Below are positions 49,747 to 62,709 of a stretch of 64,000 bases of DNA, one piece after another. The stretch is taken from assembly GCA_002269645.1 (NCBI GenBank), contig NIVC01002907.1, positions 1-64,000 on the forward strand. The letters are read 5' to 3'. Source of the stretch: Macrostomum lignano (Eukaryota). The notes below the pieces were generated by a model, which made no database searches, was not told the DNA's origin, and was given only the letters and a program-made list of their open reading frames with translations. The position numbers and the translations under genes are program-made. How positions within the stretch are numbered: the stretch's first letter is position 1; the number at the start of each line of letters is the position of its first letter.

Positions 49747-51754
49747 GGCGGACAGCGCATCAAGCAGATCAGGATGGAATCTGGCGCCGATATTAAAATT
49801 GGATCGGCTGCGACCCGGTCAGGATCGCTATTATTACTATTAGGGGCAGGGAGCAGATAGATATGCGCAGTACTGCTGCAGATGTGGTGGTATAGTTTGT
49901 ATATTTGTTTTATGTTACACTCGCGATTCTTCCCAGGTTTTGATCTGCCAGTTGGCCCTTCAGTGTGGAAGCAGTGATTGTTGCCCAGACATTTTATAAC
50001 ATTATACTTCACAAAGTTTGACACTTTGGACAACTCTCTCGGTCTTCGTATTGATTGCCTTCGTTCGACATTTTACTCTATTGATTGTGTGCGCGAGCTC
50101 AGTGTCTTTTTATGTGATTCCTCACCCCACATCTGGGTCATTGTGCATGTGTAGACCGCTCTATCCCACCATAGTCCATCTGAAGACCGCTCTACCCCAC
50201 ACCCTAGCATCTGAAGACTGCTCTATCCACAGCTTGTTATTTTATGTCAAGCAAATAACCTGAACAAAGTTCCCCTCGTTAACATTTCAGCGTGAAGAAG
50301 TACTCAGACAGTACTAATAATAATCGGCGCTAATGAAGAAGAACTATCTAAATTCGCAGCAGCTTCGAAAATGCTTAGCAACGGATTTGAACAGGTTTTT
50401 TGTATTCAAGTTAGATGGACTGTGAGATTCTAAATAGCGTCAGTATCAAGTGTTTTAGTGCAAACCGCGGCTTGTTTTGTTATTATTAATAAATATGCTA
50501 AGGCCTTCACCCCGGGCTTTAAGGCATGCATTTGTCACCTCTTTTCCCATCTATAAATTGGCCTGCTTGTTTTTTATTCTGTTCGCAGGTTGGCTCCGGT
50601 GCGACGGTGTGCGTGTTTGAGGGTAAATTAATAATTAATTAGCTAATGAAAGTAAGTGGATTCGGTGCGATGGTTGAAATTCGGGTCGCTGAATTTAATT
50701 GTCCATCTTGAGAAAAAGGCACAGCTTTTTGTGTTACTGAATCGATCTTATTTGTGTTGCAGTCTTCTTCTTTCAACCTGACTAGCTTAGTGCAGTCATT
50801 TTGCATAGAACTGAGCCTAGAGCCTCATCCAGTATTACCTTCATCAGGATAGTGGGCTTAAGGTGGCCTTTATCAGGATAGTGGCGCCTGTAGGTGGCCT
50901 TTATCAGGATAGTGGCGCCTTTAGGTGGCCTTTATAGGATAGTGGCGCCTGTAGGTGCCTTTATCAGGATAGTGGTGCTATAGGTGGCCTTTATCAGGAT
51001 AGTGGCGCCTTTAGGTGGCCTTTATCAGGATAGTGGGCGCTGTAGGTGGCCTTTATCAGGATAGTGTGCTATAGGTGGCCTTTATCAGGATAGTGGCGCC
51101 TGTAGGTGGCCTTTATCAGGATAGTGGCGCCTTTAGGTGGCCTTTATCAGGATAGTGGCGCCTGTAGGTGGCCTTTATCAGGATAGTGGTGCCTATAGGT
51201 GGCCTTTATCAGTATAGTGGTGCCTGTAGGTGGCCTTTATCAGGATAGTGGTCTGTAGATTGCCTTTATCAGTATAGTGGTGCCTGTAGATTGCCTTTAT
51301 CAGTATAGTGGTGCCTGTAGATGGCCTTTATCAGGATAGTGGTGCCTATAGGTGGCCTTTATCAGGATAGTGGTGCTGTAGGTGGCCTTTATCAGGATAG
51401 TGGTGCCTGTAGGTGGCCTTTATCAGGATAGTGGTGCCTGTAGGTGGCCTTTATCAGGATAGTGGCGCCTGTAGATTGCCTTTATCAGGATAGTGGCGTC
51501 TCTAGATGACATCTATCAGGATAGTGGAGCTTGTGTGCTGTATTAGTGCTGTATTAGTGCTGTATTAGTGCTGTATTAGTGCTGTATTAGTGCTGTATTG
51601 GTGCGCATCAAACAGACAAAAAACTTAGTTTCAGTGTCAATGTTAGAATAACAACAGACCCTGGTGTATTTGAATTACTCAACCTTCCAGGCCGATCATC
51701 AATCAGTCCGGCCGGAGGGCCGCATGATCGACCTGGTCGATGCTGATTGGCTGG
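49747..51754 (+). repeat. Second copy of 47165-49215 (hnRNP K 3' end to ANAPC13 exon 2 start), rich in 1-bp deletions
   Basis: Collinear near-identity with numerous single-base losses. Confidence 0.85.
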
Positions 51755-51942
51755 ACGATCGGCTGCCCCGCGAGTCCGTGCCCGTGCTGCCTAGCGAGCT
51801 GCCGGATTTGGATCCGGACTCGCAGGACGAGCAGGAGGCGGCCGACGATAACAAGTGGACAGAGCTGCAGCTGATGCGCATTAGGCGGATTGCAGAGCAG
51901 CAGGTTCGCGGCCACACTGCCGGGCCTGCGCCGCCAAGCTAG
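50646..51942 (+). CDS. ANAPC13: Anaphase-promoting complex subunit 13-like, about 85 aa; exons 50646-50651 (ATG AAA; duplicate at 48094-48099) and 51691-51942
   Basis: EGRMIDLVDADWLDDRLPRESVPVLPSELPDLDPD...KWTELQL parallels APC13 DGRILDLIDDAWREDKLPYEDV...KWTDLAL. The micro first coding exon is inferred from ATG AAA|GTAAGT. Confidence 0.8.
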
Positions 51943-51989
51943 AGTTCTTTCGCTTTTAGAGTGCTTTTGCTAAACTTTATCTTATCAGA

Positions 51990-53178
51990 CCACTCCCCCC
52001 GCTAGCAGTTAGTGACTGCAATATCATCAGGCCACTCCCCCCGCTAGCAGTTGGTGACTGCATATCATCAGGCCACTCCCCCCGCTAGCAGTTAGTGACT
52101 GCAATATCATCAGGCCACTCCCCCCGCTAGCAGTTGGTGACTGCAATATCATCAGGGCCACTCCCCCCACTAGCAGTTGGTGACTGCAATATCATCAGGG
52201 CTCCCCCGCTAGCAGTTGGTGACTGCAATATCATCAGGGCCACTCCCCCCACTAGCAGTTGGTGACTGCAATATCATCAGGGCCACTCCCCCCGCTAGCA
52301 GTTGGTGACTGCAATATCATCAGGGCCACTCCCCCCGCTAGCAGTTGGTGACTGCAATATCATCAGGCCACTCCCCCCGCTAGCAGTTAGTGACTGCAAT
52401 ATCATCAGGCCACTCCCCCCGCTAGCAGTTGGTGACTGCAATATCATCAGGGCCACTCCCCCCACTAGCAGTTGGTGACTGCAATATCATCAGGGCCACT
52501 CCCCCCGCTAGCAGTTAGTGACTGCAATATCATCAGGGCCACTCCCCCCGCTAGCAGTTAGTGACTGCAATATCATCAGGGCCACTCCCCCCGCTAGCAG
52601 TTAGTGACTGCAATATCATCAGGGCACTCCCCCACTAGCAGTTAGTGACTGCAATATCATCAGGGCCACTCCCCCCGCTAGCAGTTAGTGACTGCAATAT
52701 CATCAGGCCACTCCCCCCACTAGCAGTTACTGACTGCAATATCATCAGGCCACTCCTCCCACTAGCAGTTACTGACTGCAATATCATCAGGGCCACTCCC
52801 CCCGCTAGCAGTTAGTGACTGCAATATCATCAGGGCCACTCCCCCCACTAGCAGTTAGTGACTGCAATATCGTCAGGGCCACTCCCCCCACTAGCAGTTA
52901 GTGACTGCAATATCATCAGGGCCACTCCCCCACTAGCAGTTAGTGACTGCAATATCATCAGGGCCACTCCCCCCACTAGCAGTTAGTGACTGCAATATCG
53001 TCAGGGCCACTCCCCCCACTAGCAGTTAGTGACTGCAATATCGTCAGGGCCACTCCCCCCGCTAGCAGTTACTGACTGCAATATCGTCAGGGCCACTCCC
53101 CCCACTAGCAGTTAGTGACTGCAATATCATCAGGGCCACTCCCCCCACTAGCAGTTAGTGACTGCAATATCATCAAGT
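51990..53178. repeat. 41-43-bp minisatellite (gggccactccccccgctagcagttagtgactgcaatatcatca)
   Basis: Direct tandem repeats. Confidence 0.9.
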
Positions 53179-53739
53179 TATGGTGCGAATACACGAATTC
53201 TCTGGCCCTGACGCAAACAGTTGAGACCCCAAAACCGAAAGCAATCAAAGTACGTATTTGATTCCTTGAATTCATTCGTTTTTCTGTATTTTCGTGCTTG
53301 TTGCTTATGATGAAATGCTGCCAAATTTAGTTACCAAAAATACAAAATATTACTTCTTATGACTTCATAATTTGTGTAAAAAGTCTGGCACCTGTGTTCA
53401 AAGGTTTAAAAATTAAATAAACGCTCTGATAAAATTTCACTGTTTGTTAGTATTTAAAATCCAATAAACATCCATTGTAAGTAGACGAGAAGTGGCCGGT
53501 TGTAGATTGTCGATGCCGAAGGCTAATAGTTGCCGCGCTGTCGGATAAGTGGCCGAAATTTGGAAATTGGCCACTTGTCCGAACGCCTGCACGCGTTGGC
53601 GTGCAGACGGAAACAACTTGGTATTGTTTGCATTAGGCTGCTTGGGTCGGCTCGGCAGTCAGTTGTCGTAGACACGGAGAGACGCGATTGGAGGGCCAAC
53701 AGATTGACTCATGTTCTAAAATGAATTAAAATGCTTCGA

Positions 53740-54885
53740 TTCCCATTGGATTCAGTATCCTTACCCAAGTCTCACCCATTGGATTCAGTATCCTTACCCA
53801 AGTCTCACCCATTGTATTCAGTATCCTTACCCAAGTCTCACCCATTGGATTCAGTATCCTTACCCAAGTCTCACCCATTGTATTCAGTATCCTTACCAAG
53901 TCTCACCCATTGTATTCAGTATCCTTACCAAGTCTCACCCATTGTATTCAGTATCCTTACCAAGTCTCACCCATTGTATTCAGTATCCTTACCCAAGTCT
54001 CACCCATTGTATTCAGTATCCTTACCCAAGTCTCACCCATTGTATTCAGTATCCTTACCCAAGTCTCACCCATTGGATTCAGTATCCTTACCCAAGTCTC
54101 ACCCATTGTATTCAGTATCCTTACCCAAGTCTCACCCATTGTATTCAGTATCCTTACCCAAGTCTCACCCATTGGATTCAGTATCCTTACCCAAGTCTCA
54201 CCCACTAGATTCAGTATCCTTACCCAAGTCTCACCCACTAGATTCGGTATCCTTACCCAAGTCTCACCCACTAGATTCGGTATCCTTACCCAAGTCTCAC
54301 CCATTGTATTCAGTATCCTTACCCAAGTCTCACCCATTGTATTCAGTATCCTTACCCAAGTCTCACCCATTGGATTCAGTATCCTTACCCAAGTCTCACC
54401 CATTGTATTCAGTATCCTTACCCAAGTCTCACCCATTGTATTCAGTATCCTTACCCAAGTCTCACCCATTGGATTCAGTATCCTTACCCAAGTCTCACCC
54501 ACTAGATTCAGTATCCTTACCCAAGTCTCACCCACTAGATTCGGTATCCTTACCCAAGTCTCACCCACTAGATTCGGTATCCTTACCCAAGTCTCACCCA
54601 CTAGATTCGGTATCCTTACCCAAGTCTCACCCACTAGATTCAGTATCCTTACCCAAGTCTCACCCATTGTATTCAGTATCCTTACCCAAGTCTCACCCAC
54701 TAGATTCAGTATCCTTACCCAAGTCTCACCCATTGTATTCAGTATCCTTACCCAAGTCTCACCCACTAGATTCGGTATCCTTACCCAAGTCTCACCCATT
54801 GGATTCAGTATCCTTACCCAAGTCTCACCCATTGGATTCAGTATCCTTACCCAAGTCTCACCCACTAGATTCAGTATCCTTGGCC
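53740..54885. repeat. 33-bp minisatellite (cccattgtattcagtatccttacccaagtctca)
   Basis: Direct tandem repeats; the long ORFs here are repeat artefacts. Confidence 0.9.
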
Positions 54886-56189
54886 AAGTGAATCCAATCT
54901 TCCTCCATTCTCAGTGTGGATCACTGCTATGGTCAAGAGTTCGAGACTGCGCGTGCCTTGGATGTGAAGCCACTGGATCTATAATCTAGGCCCTCAAGCT
55001 CCCAGGCGACTGTAGTATCTTAGGAAAATAACCTGGCGTCCTTTAGTATCACCACCTAATTTTAAACTAACATTCGTCATTAAGGTTCTTCATAACCATA
55101 CAGTTCCTTGGTATCATTATCGGTTTGTGTCCCCTTGCCGTCACTTTCTGATTCTTAGATTGCTTTTGGCTTTTCGCTTTGGCTTGGATTTGGATTTTGG
55201 CTTCAAGCAGGGAATCCAACCTTGGGACTTGTGCGTAGTGCCTGGCGACCCGCAAGGTGCAAAGTATGCACACCGCCTTGCCATGAGAAAGTCGGAGTAG
55301 ATGTACACATGTGAGCAGAGGCCAATATAGCATGAGCATAGCGAATAGTTTCTTCGCTGACTGTCGTCCAAAGTTGCTCGACATTAATATTGGCGCACTT
55401 AACTAACTCAATAGATGCACTTTTTTATTTACTTCTGACTTTATCAACTGTATCAATCAACTCGTCTGAAGATCTGAACTGCTCATAACTAACCCCAGAA
55501 AAGTGCGAAATGAATAACAAAACAATTAATGGGCTTCCAAATACAAAACCAGACTAAATGAATAGATTGTCTCGCCGCCTGATTTTTCCGGTATACCGGC
55601 CAACCCCTGTGTTCATAAATTTAAATTTAGCGCCCAGCCATCCGTTGTTGGCATGGTTACGGGTCATGCCTGTCCATTGAAGCGTATAGCCATAGTTAGA
55701 GAAGTCTCTTTTTACCGGAAATGCTTTATCGCCCGTCTCATTGGGTGGCCGCTCCCGGGCGCCCGCGGCCGGCCATTCCTGGCCAGATGCAGAGAGCAAT
55801 AGTATAGGCCGTCGCCATCCATCACAGCTGTCACTAAATGCGTCTGCACTGGTCAGGGTCGCCTAAGTCCGAAGCTGGCCTGGCCACCGGGATTGGCGGG
55901 TCGCCAGGAAGCTGCCCGAGTTGGAATGAATGGCGATGTCACCTATTGCACCCCGGGGCGTCTGGCCGCAATCTGGGTTTTCGGCCGGGGTTGCATGGCG
56001 CCGCATTGGAGGGGGGAGCTATAATTGATGCCAACTCGAGGCCAACCGTGTGTCCTTTGGTGTATCCTTTTTCAACTGCGTTCTGCCAGCTCGCGTATTC
56101 GCTGCGACCGACACTCCGGTCCCTAGTTACAGCAACAAAAATAAAAGTGCAACAATGGCTACTATTCAATTCCAGTTTTCCATCTAAGC

Positions 56190-56828
56190 CAGGGCTCGGC
56201 AAACTCTCCGGCCCGTGAAGCCTCTCAATCCGGCCCTCGGGTCCTTTGAAACTTCGCAATAGCAATCCGGCCCTCGGGTCCTTTGAAACTTCGCAATAGC
56301 AATCCGGCCCTCGGGTCCTTTGAAACTTCGCAATAGCAATCCGGCCCTCGGACTTTGTCGCTGAAAGCAATAGCTCCTCGGGTCCTTTGAAACTTCGCAA
56401 TAGCAATGCCCCGGCCCTTAAACGGTTTCCAATAGCCCAACCGAGCTCCGAGTCCTTTGAAACTTCGCAATAGCAATCCGGCCCTCGGGTCCTTTGAAAC
56501 TTCACAATAGCAATCCGGCCCTCGGGTCCTTTGAAACTTCGCAATAGCAAGCCGGCCCTCGGGTCCTTTGAAAAGGTTTGTGCCTCTTCTTATCCAGTTC
56601 TTTCTCTCTCTCACCTCTCCTCTCTGCCCGTCTCTCCTCTCCGTCTCTCTCCTCTCTTCGCTCTCTCTCTCCTCTTTCCCCTCTGTCCTTTCTCTACTCT
56701 CCGATTTTCTCTCATCTCACCTCATATTTTATCATTTCTACTTTCCTCTCTCATTTCCTTTCCATGGCGCGCAGCCATGAGCTGTGTTTTCTATCTGGCC
56801 CTTGAGGCAAAAAGTTTGCAGACCCCTG
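56190..56828. mobile_element. hAT-superfamily MITE with an internally amplified 37-bp unit
   Basis: TIRs CAGGGCTCGGCAAACT / AGTTTGCAGACCCCTG. Perfect 8-bp TSD ATCTAAGC (56182-56189, 56829-56836). Confidence 0.88.
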
Positions 56829-58579
56829 ATCTAAGCTGTAACAATCGCCTAGAGAAATACCGAAATTTAGATCCTAGAAATCGTCAGATTTAGTGCAGAA
56901 GGATATGGGATTTCAAAATATAATTAAAGAATTATGAATCTCAGTCTACTTGTAAATATTCCACAGTACAGAGTAAGCTCAGTTTCTGGCAGCTCGCAAG
57001 CGAAAGCATTTATTCAAAAGCTGAATCGAAGCGTGCAGGTCAGGCTGAGAGAGAAAAAAAGAAATAAATTAATGCTGATGGAATTTTAACGCGAGTTCTC
57101 CTATCGCGCAGCAGACTCCCGAAGAACTGCTGCTGCAGCCAGCCGCTGCACTGGGAGTTCCCGATCCGATCCTCTTCTAGGCCAGCCATAGGATTTGAGC
57201 CCCGGCAATGCTGCCAGAGTTAATTATACAGGATTAGCCGGGGCCCGGGACCGCACGCGACCGCGCTGCCGCAAAGGCAGCAGAATTGTGCGCCGCGACT
57301 CTGATGGGACCGCTGCGGGCTTTCGCCTGTGGTCGGGCCGATCCTAGGGAAAAATCTCACAGTGCCGCTTCACTCTGCCTCTTCCTCACCCTTTCTCCAG
57401 CAGTTTCATCTCCCTGGAGACGTCATTTTTGCAGATTTTGTTATTTTCCATTGCATTTGTGTTCGGTGTGCTTAATAAGAGTGGAGAGCTCGCCAGTGGC
57501 CGCTGTCTATAAGGCCGCGTTGGGAAAAGTTGAGGAAAATTTTTTATCAAAGAATTGTTTTGTTGATTAAAACATTTTTTGTCAGAAATGAGCTCTATGA
57601 GCCAGGCGAATACAGACAGACTGGCTCTAGCATTTGTTCCACTTCAGTATACCAGCGCTGAATACTGAATGCATTAAAATCCAACTAAAGTGCTCAGCTG
57701 ACTGACTGGCTGACTGACGCTTGAGTCCGAGTTTTTGTCTTAGCCAACTCGGTGCCTGCATAACTGCTAATCCGGTAATCCCCAATGGACAACTGTCTAT
57801 TAAGTAGGGAGAGAGGAGAGAGACGGAGACGCGTGCCACACATTAGACTGGCAGGCCAAATCCAATGCATATCAACCATGATTATCCTCGCTGGGAGTTA
57901 CTATTATTATATTATAATTATATCCGTCGCTATTGAATATGATCCGCTAGCTGCAGCACTCGGCCTCTGCTGCGCTATCAGAATCGATTACGGGCAATCT
58001 GTCTAACTGTCGCGTCATCGCGGCTATTAGCGAGAACGGGCACCAGCAGCCAGTGCAAGCTTGCAGCTAGAGCTGCTGCTAGTATACTATATCACGCATG
58101 ACATTCGCGTCAAGCAAAATGATGGCATGTGATTTGTTACAGGCCGTGGAGTCCTGTTCCGCGTCAAGTTAGATTGAGGGCGAGTACGTTATTGCGGATA
58201 CGAGCTACTGGTGTGGGTAACTTGGAAGCGGGCTGGAACCACTCCTAAAACTGGGCAGGAAGTGACTGACTGGCAGCATGGGTGTCTCAACGCGGACGAG
58301 TGTGGGAGTGATTTATTGCTGCAGAGAGTCTCAATGCTACTTAAATTTTCGGGCCAGCAAATGGAGACGTGACTGCGGAACACTTTGCGAAGCATCCGGC
58401 CTTGAAGAAGAAGACCCAGCAGTGAAAACTGCCCTGCCTTCCCTACAGATTGATCAGGCCAAGCCATTTTCATATCGCTCTTTTCATATCCTCTCCAGGC
58501 GATTTTAATAACTGTGAAAGCCCCTGAACTTTAACTCGTATCAAATGCTTTTCATTTATGCTTTACGAGTTGTAATGTA

Positions 58580-59090
58580 CATTGGGTCAGAGCTGCTCCG
58601 AGTGACTCTGCGGTGGGTACAGTGTGGGTCAGAGCTGCTCCGAGTGACTCTGCGGTGGGTACAGTGTGGGTCAGAGCTGCTCCGAGTGACTCTGCGGTGG
58701 GTACAGTGTGGGTCAGAGCTGCTCCGAGTGACTCTGCGGTGGGTACAGTGTGGGTCAGAGCTGCTCCGAGTGACTCTGCGGTGGGTACAGTGTGGGTCAG
58801 AGCTGCTCCGAGTGACTCTGCGGTGGGTACAGTGTGGGTCAGAGCTGCTCCAAGTGACTCTGCGGTGGGTACAGTGTGGGTCAGAGCTGCTCCGAGTGAC
58901 CCTGCGGTGGGTACAGTGTGGGTCAGAGCTGCTCCGAGTGACCCTGCGGTGGGTACAGTGTGGGTCAGAGCTGCTCCGAGTGACCCTGCGGTGGGTACAG
59001 TGTGAGTCAGAGCTGCTCCGAGTGACTCTCTGGTTGGTACAGTGTGGGTCAGAGCTGCTCCGAGTGACTCTGCGGTGGGTACAGTGGGTG
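58580..59090. repeat. 42-bp minisatellite (gggtcagagctgctccgagtgactctgcggtgggtacagtgt)
   Basis: Direct tandem repeats. Confidence 0.9.
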
Positions 59091-59449
59091 TAGAAGTGCA
59101 TTCGAATAAATTGAAACTATAGGCAGCATTTTCAGTTTCATCCCAACTGCTCGCGACAGAACCGAGTTCCTCTGGCCGGTGATAAAATTCGAAGATAAAG
59201 AGGCCTTCAAGAAGGAGCCTGTGATTTGTGGCTAAAAATACACCGAACTGAAATTGAAACAGCGCTACACCTTCATCGGGCTTTGTGGACCCCCCAATCC
59301 CTGATTTTCTGTGGCGGGCAACAGCTGCAAGATGTCCGGCCATCACCTTGGGACGTGGGTCGTTCCGAATCCTAGAGGGAATATTTCCATTTTCTCTCTT
59401 GGCTATTATTAGGTAATATTGTGCCTAACCGTTTGGGGTAAGTTTCCCA

Positions 59450-59970
59450 TTGCAGATCTGACACAGCTGACCCTGAAATACTGTCTGAGGCATTACAGAT
59501 CTGACACAGCTCACTCCGAAATGCTGTCTGAGGCATTACAGATCTGACACAGCTGACCCTGATCTCCTGTCTGTGACATTGCAGATCTGACACAGTTTAC
59601 TCTGAAATGCTGTCTGTGACATTACAGATCTGACACAGCTGACCCTGATCTCCTGTCTGTGACATTGCAGATCTGACACAGTTTACTCTGAAATGCTGTC
59701 TGTGACATTACAGATCTGACACAGCTGACCCTGATCTCCTGTCTGTGACATTGCAGATCTGACACAGTTTACTCTGAAATGCTGTCTGTGACATTACAGA
59801 TCTGACACAGCTGACCCTGATCTCCTGTCTGTGACATTACAGATCTGACACAGCTGACCCTGATCTCCTGTCTGTGACATTACAGATCTGACACAGCTGA
59901 CCCTGATCTCCTGTCTGTGACATTACAGATCTGACACAGCTGACCCTGATCTCCTGTCTGAGACATTACA
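59450..59970. repeat. About 43-bp minisatellite (cagatctgacacagctgaccctgatctcctgtctgtgacatta), two alternating variants
   Basis: Direct tandem repeats. Confidence 0.9.
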
Positions 59971-62709
59971 TAGCTCACGCAGATGACACCTGAGTTTCAT
60001 TCACATTGACAAAAGCGTAAAAGGTGCGCTCACGAGCGTGCATTGAAATGGCACCTTTTCTGTTCCTTTTATCTCTCTCAGTCTGAGCAACCCTATTATA
60101 GACGGAATGGCGAGTCCCGAGCATTGCTCCGCCACAAATCTATGACTGAATTCGGTGGATCGAGTCTATAAGAGTGAGGGAGATCCGGAACCAAGTGCTT
60201 AGGAACACGCTTGCACACTCATGCGTGTAATTAGAGTAGGGAGAGAGAGAGAGAGAAGGGGAGATGCAGTCCGAATAATGCAGCAATGCAGAGCAATGAA
60301 TTGAGACGAAGGTGAGACCGAGAGGCTCAACCCCTGGGGCGGGGGATTCCGCTTCCCCGTGGCCGTCCAGGCCGAGCGGAAGAAACAATTAGCGAGCCCG
60401 GGGGCCGAGAAGAAAGAAAAATTGTGTCGAAACGCGAGCATGAAAAGTGGAAATCTTGCATCTCGATGGAGGCGCAGATTGGTTTAGGTGACTGACTGAC
60501 GGGCAAGTAAGCGCAAACTGCGTTCGTGCGCAAGTTTAGAATGCGGCGCAGTCAGTCAGTCAGTCAGTCAGTCAGTAGCGTGTTCCCTGTGGCCTACAGC
60601 ACACACTGCGACCGCCACCTCTGCTGGAATGACGGCCGCAGTGAGGGGGTGGGGTCGAAAAGAATGATGGACCTGGAATGGCGCCCTGTCCCCTCTCCCC
60701 ATTCGCTTCTCCCTGGCTTTCTGCTGATCCCCACCCTTCATTCTCTTCTCTCTATATTGCTCTCTGCGGAAGGCTGAACCAGTCAGGGATTGGGCCGCTG
60801 AAAAGGGGGGGGGGCGCAGAGGGGAAGCCCCGGCTGGTTGCTGGGGCGGACCGCGGGGTCTCCCCTTCTCCTACCGACCGTTGGGATTAGTACACGCAGA
60901 GGGGCGGGACTGCGTGCAGCCGTGTGTGTGTGTGACCGCATGTGCAGCTGAGAGAGGTGGATAAAAAGCTGATCCAGTCCTGCCTCGAGGAGCCGCGCCG
61001 ATCAGACCCTCCTCTGCAGCTACCCCAAGGCTCCGCCCACAGGTTCTGCGCCCCTGAACGCACGGAGAGGCCGCAGAAACCCCCGTTTCAGCATTCCCGC
61101 GTTCTCCTGTCGGGCCGTCTAGCGCAACACTGCGCGCCAGATTCCAGCGCCTTGGCTATTTTTCTCTCCACCTCTTCTTTTATTCTTATTTCATTCAGGC
61201 GCAGCTTTTTACCGCATCATCCCTCTCTCTCCCCCTCTCTCTTCACTTCTTGAGTGCCGTTCGAGGGGCCGCCGACCTCTGCAAAAATCAGATCCCCGCT
61301 TCACCTCGCCTGTGGTTCTCCGCAGCAGCATCCAAAGAGGCTCTTCACGCCTTGCACACGCGGGCCGCTGGCTAGCTAACAGGCACAGACCTCCGATCTC
61401 CGTCCCGCATGCCGCTGCTGCACTAAGTGTCCGCTGCCGCTGCGATCCTTGAAGTTGCTGCTGTCTTGAAGAAGACAAGGAGAGAGAGAGAGAACGAGAA
61501 AGCAGAGTAAAAGGAAGCAACATCCGAGTCTGGACCGCCACCCTGATGAGGCTGCTAGAATGCATTGCTGGTGAGTATAACTGCTCCGCATATTTAATTG
61601 CCACGTTTTTGTGCGCCAAACTTTCCTTCGTGCTCCTAGTTGGGGTTATTCAAGGTCACGGGCTCCGTTCTAGGCGCGCGAATCGGATACTCGCACATCT
61701 GAATATGGGTGTGCAATGCAGCGGATTGACAGAGCAGACAGCGCGGCCCTGCTGGCCACAAAAGGAGATCAATGCATCCAGGGCCCAAATGCTCTCTCTC
61801 TCTGTCTGTCTCTTGCGTCTCAGTGGATTTGATCGCTAAGCTGCAAGTGTTCCTGACGCCGCAGACATCAATTGCGGCCACATTCATCTGAAACTCGTGC
61901 TCGAACATTCGCCACAGATTTGCGCCCGTGATGTACAACCCACAAGGCGCAGAAAGTGTCAGGAATGTGCATAGGTGACGGATAGACAAGTCGGGGCCGC
62001 TGTGCACCCTCAGGGGTACTTAGGGCTTAGCGGAATTAACATAACTGCTTGCTTCCTCCGACACCGTTGCTGCTCTAGCTGCCCCCCTCAGGTTGCTGTC
62101 CTTCATTCAGCAGGATAAAAATAGTAAATAAGAGCTGAGGGTGCGCAGCCAGTTGCCATTAGCTTGGCTGATCGAATATGCAGCCAGATGCATGCGCACC
62201 GGGCAGCCGGCGCACCCGACTGGCCCCCAGGAGGGCCGCAGGGAGCTCAATCAAATAGGCAGGCAGCTGCGTAAAAGCAGAAAGGGGGCGGAGAGGACCG
62301 CGAAACCCGCCCCGCACTTTTTGCTTGCTGCTCAAGCTTTCGCGCCAACCCCCCTCCCTCAAACCCACCGGCGCCGGTTGACTTGCAATTTTCATGCGAA
62401 AATTGCCTGCTTGCCTGCCGGGGCACCCATGGGGCCAGCGGCGGGGCGTTGCTTGTGCTAGTTAGACTGACATACAGGCAGAGAGACAGACAAATAAATG
62501 ACAGGGGAAATTGGAAATAACAGTATGCGGTCAATCAAACAATCAGTATGGGAGCTGATTGTAAAAAAATCGATTTTTGAGCACAGGGTACATGATCAAA
62601 AAAATGAGTTCACTTTCTCTAGTATTATTCAGCAATTCACTTGGCTTTGTCTTCCTCATCTCATGCCATTCAAGTCGACTTAAACACAACCAGAGTCACC
62701 GAAACACGG

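Noticed and set aside
55690-55850. Ig-like DGLYYC motif on the minus strand
   Set aside because: Spacing does not fit DxGxYxC and there is an in-frame stop just upstream.
59110-59370. Coding-like plus-strand stretch (EFLWPVIKFEDKEAFKKE)
   Set aside because: In-frame stop and no identifiable homology.
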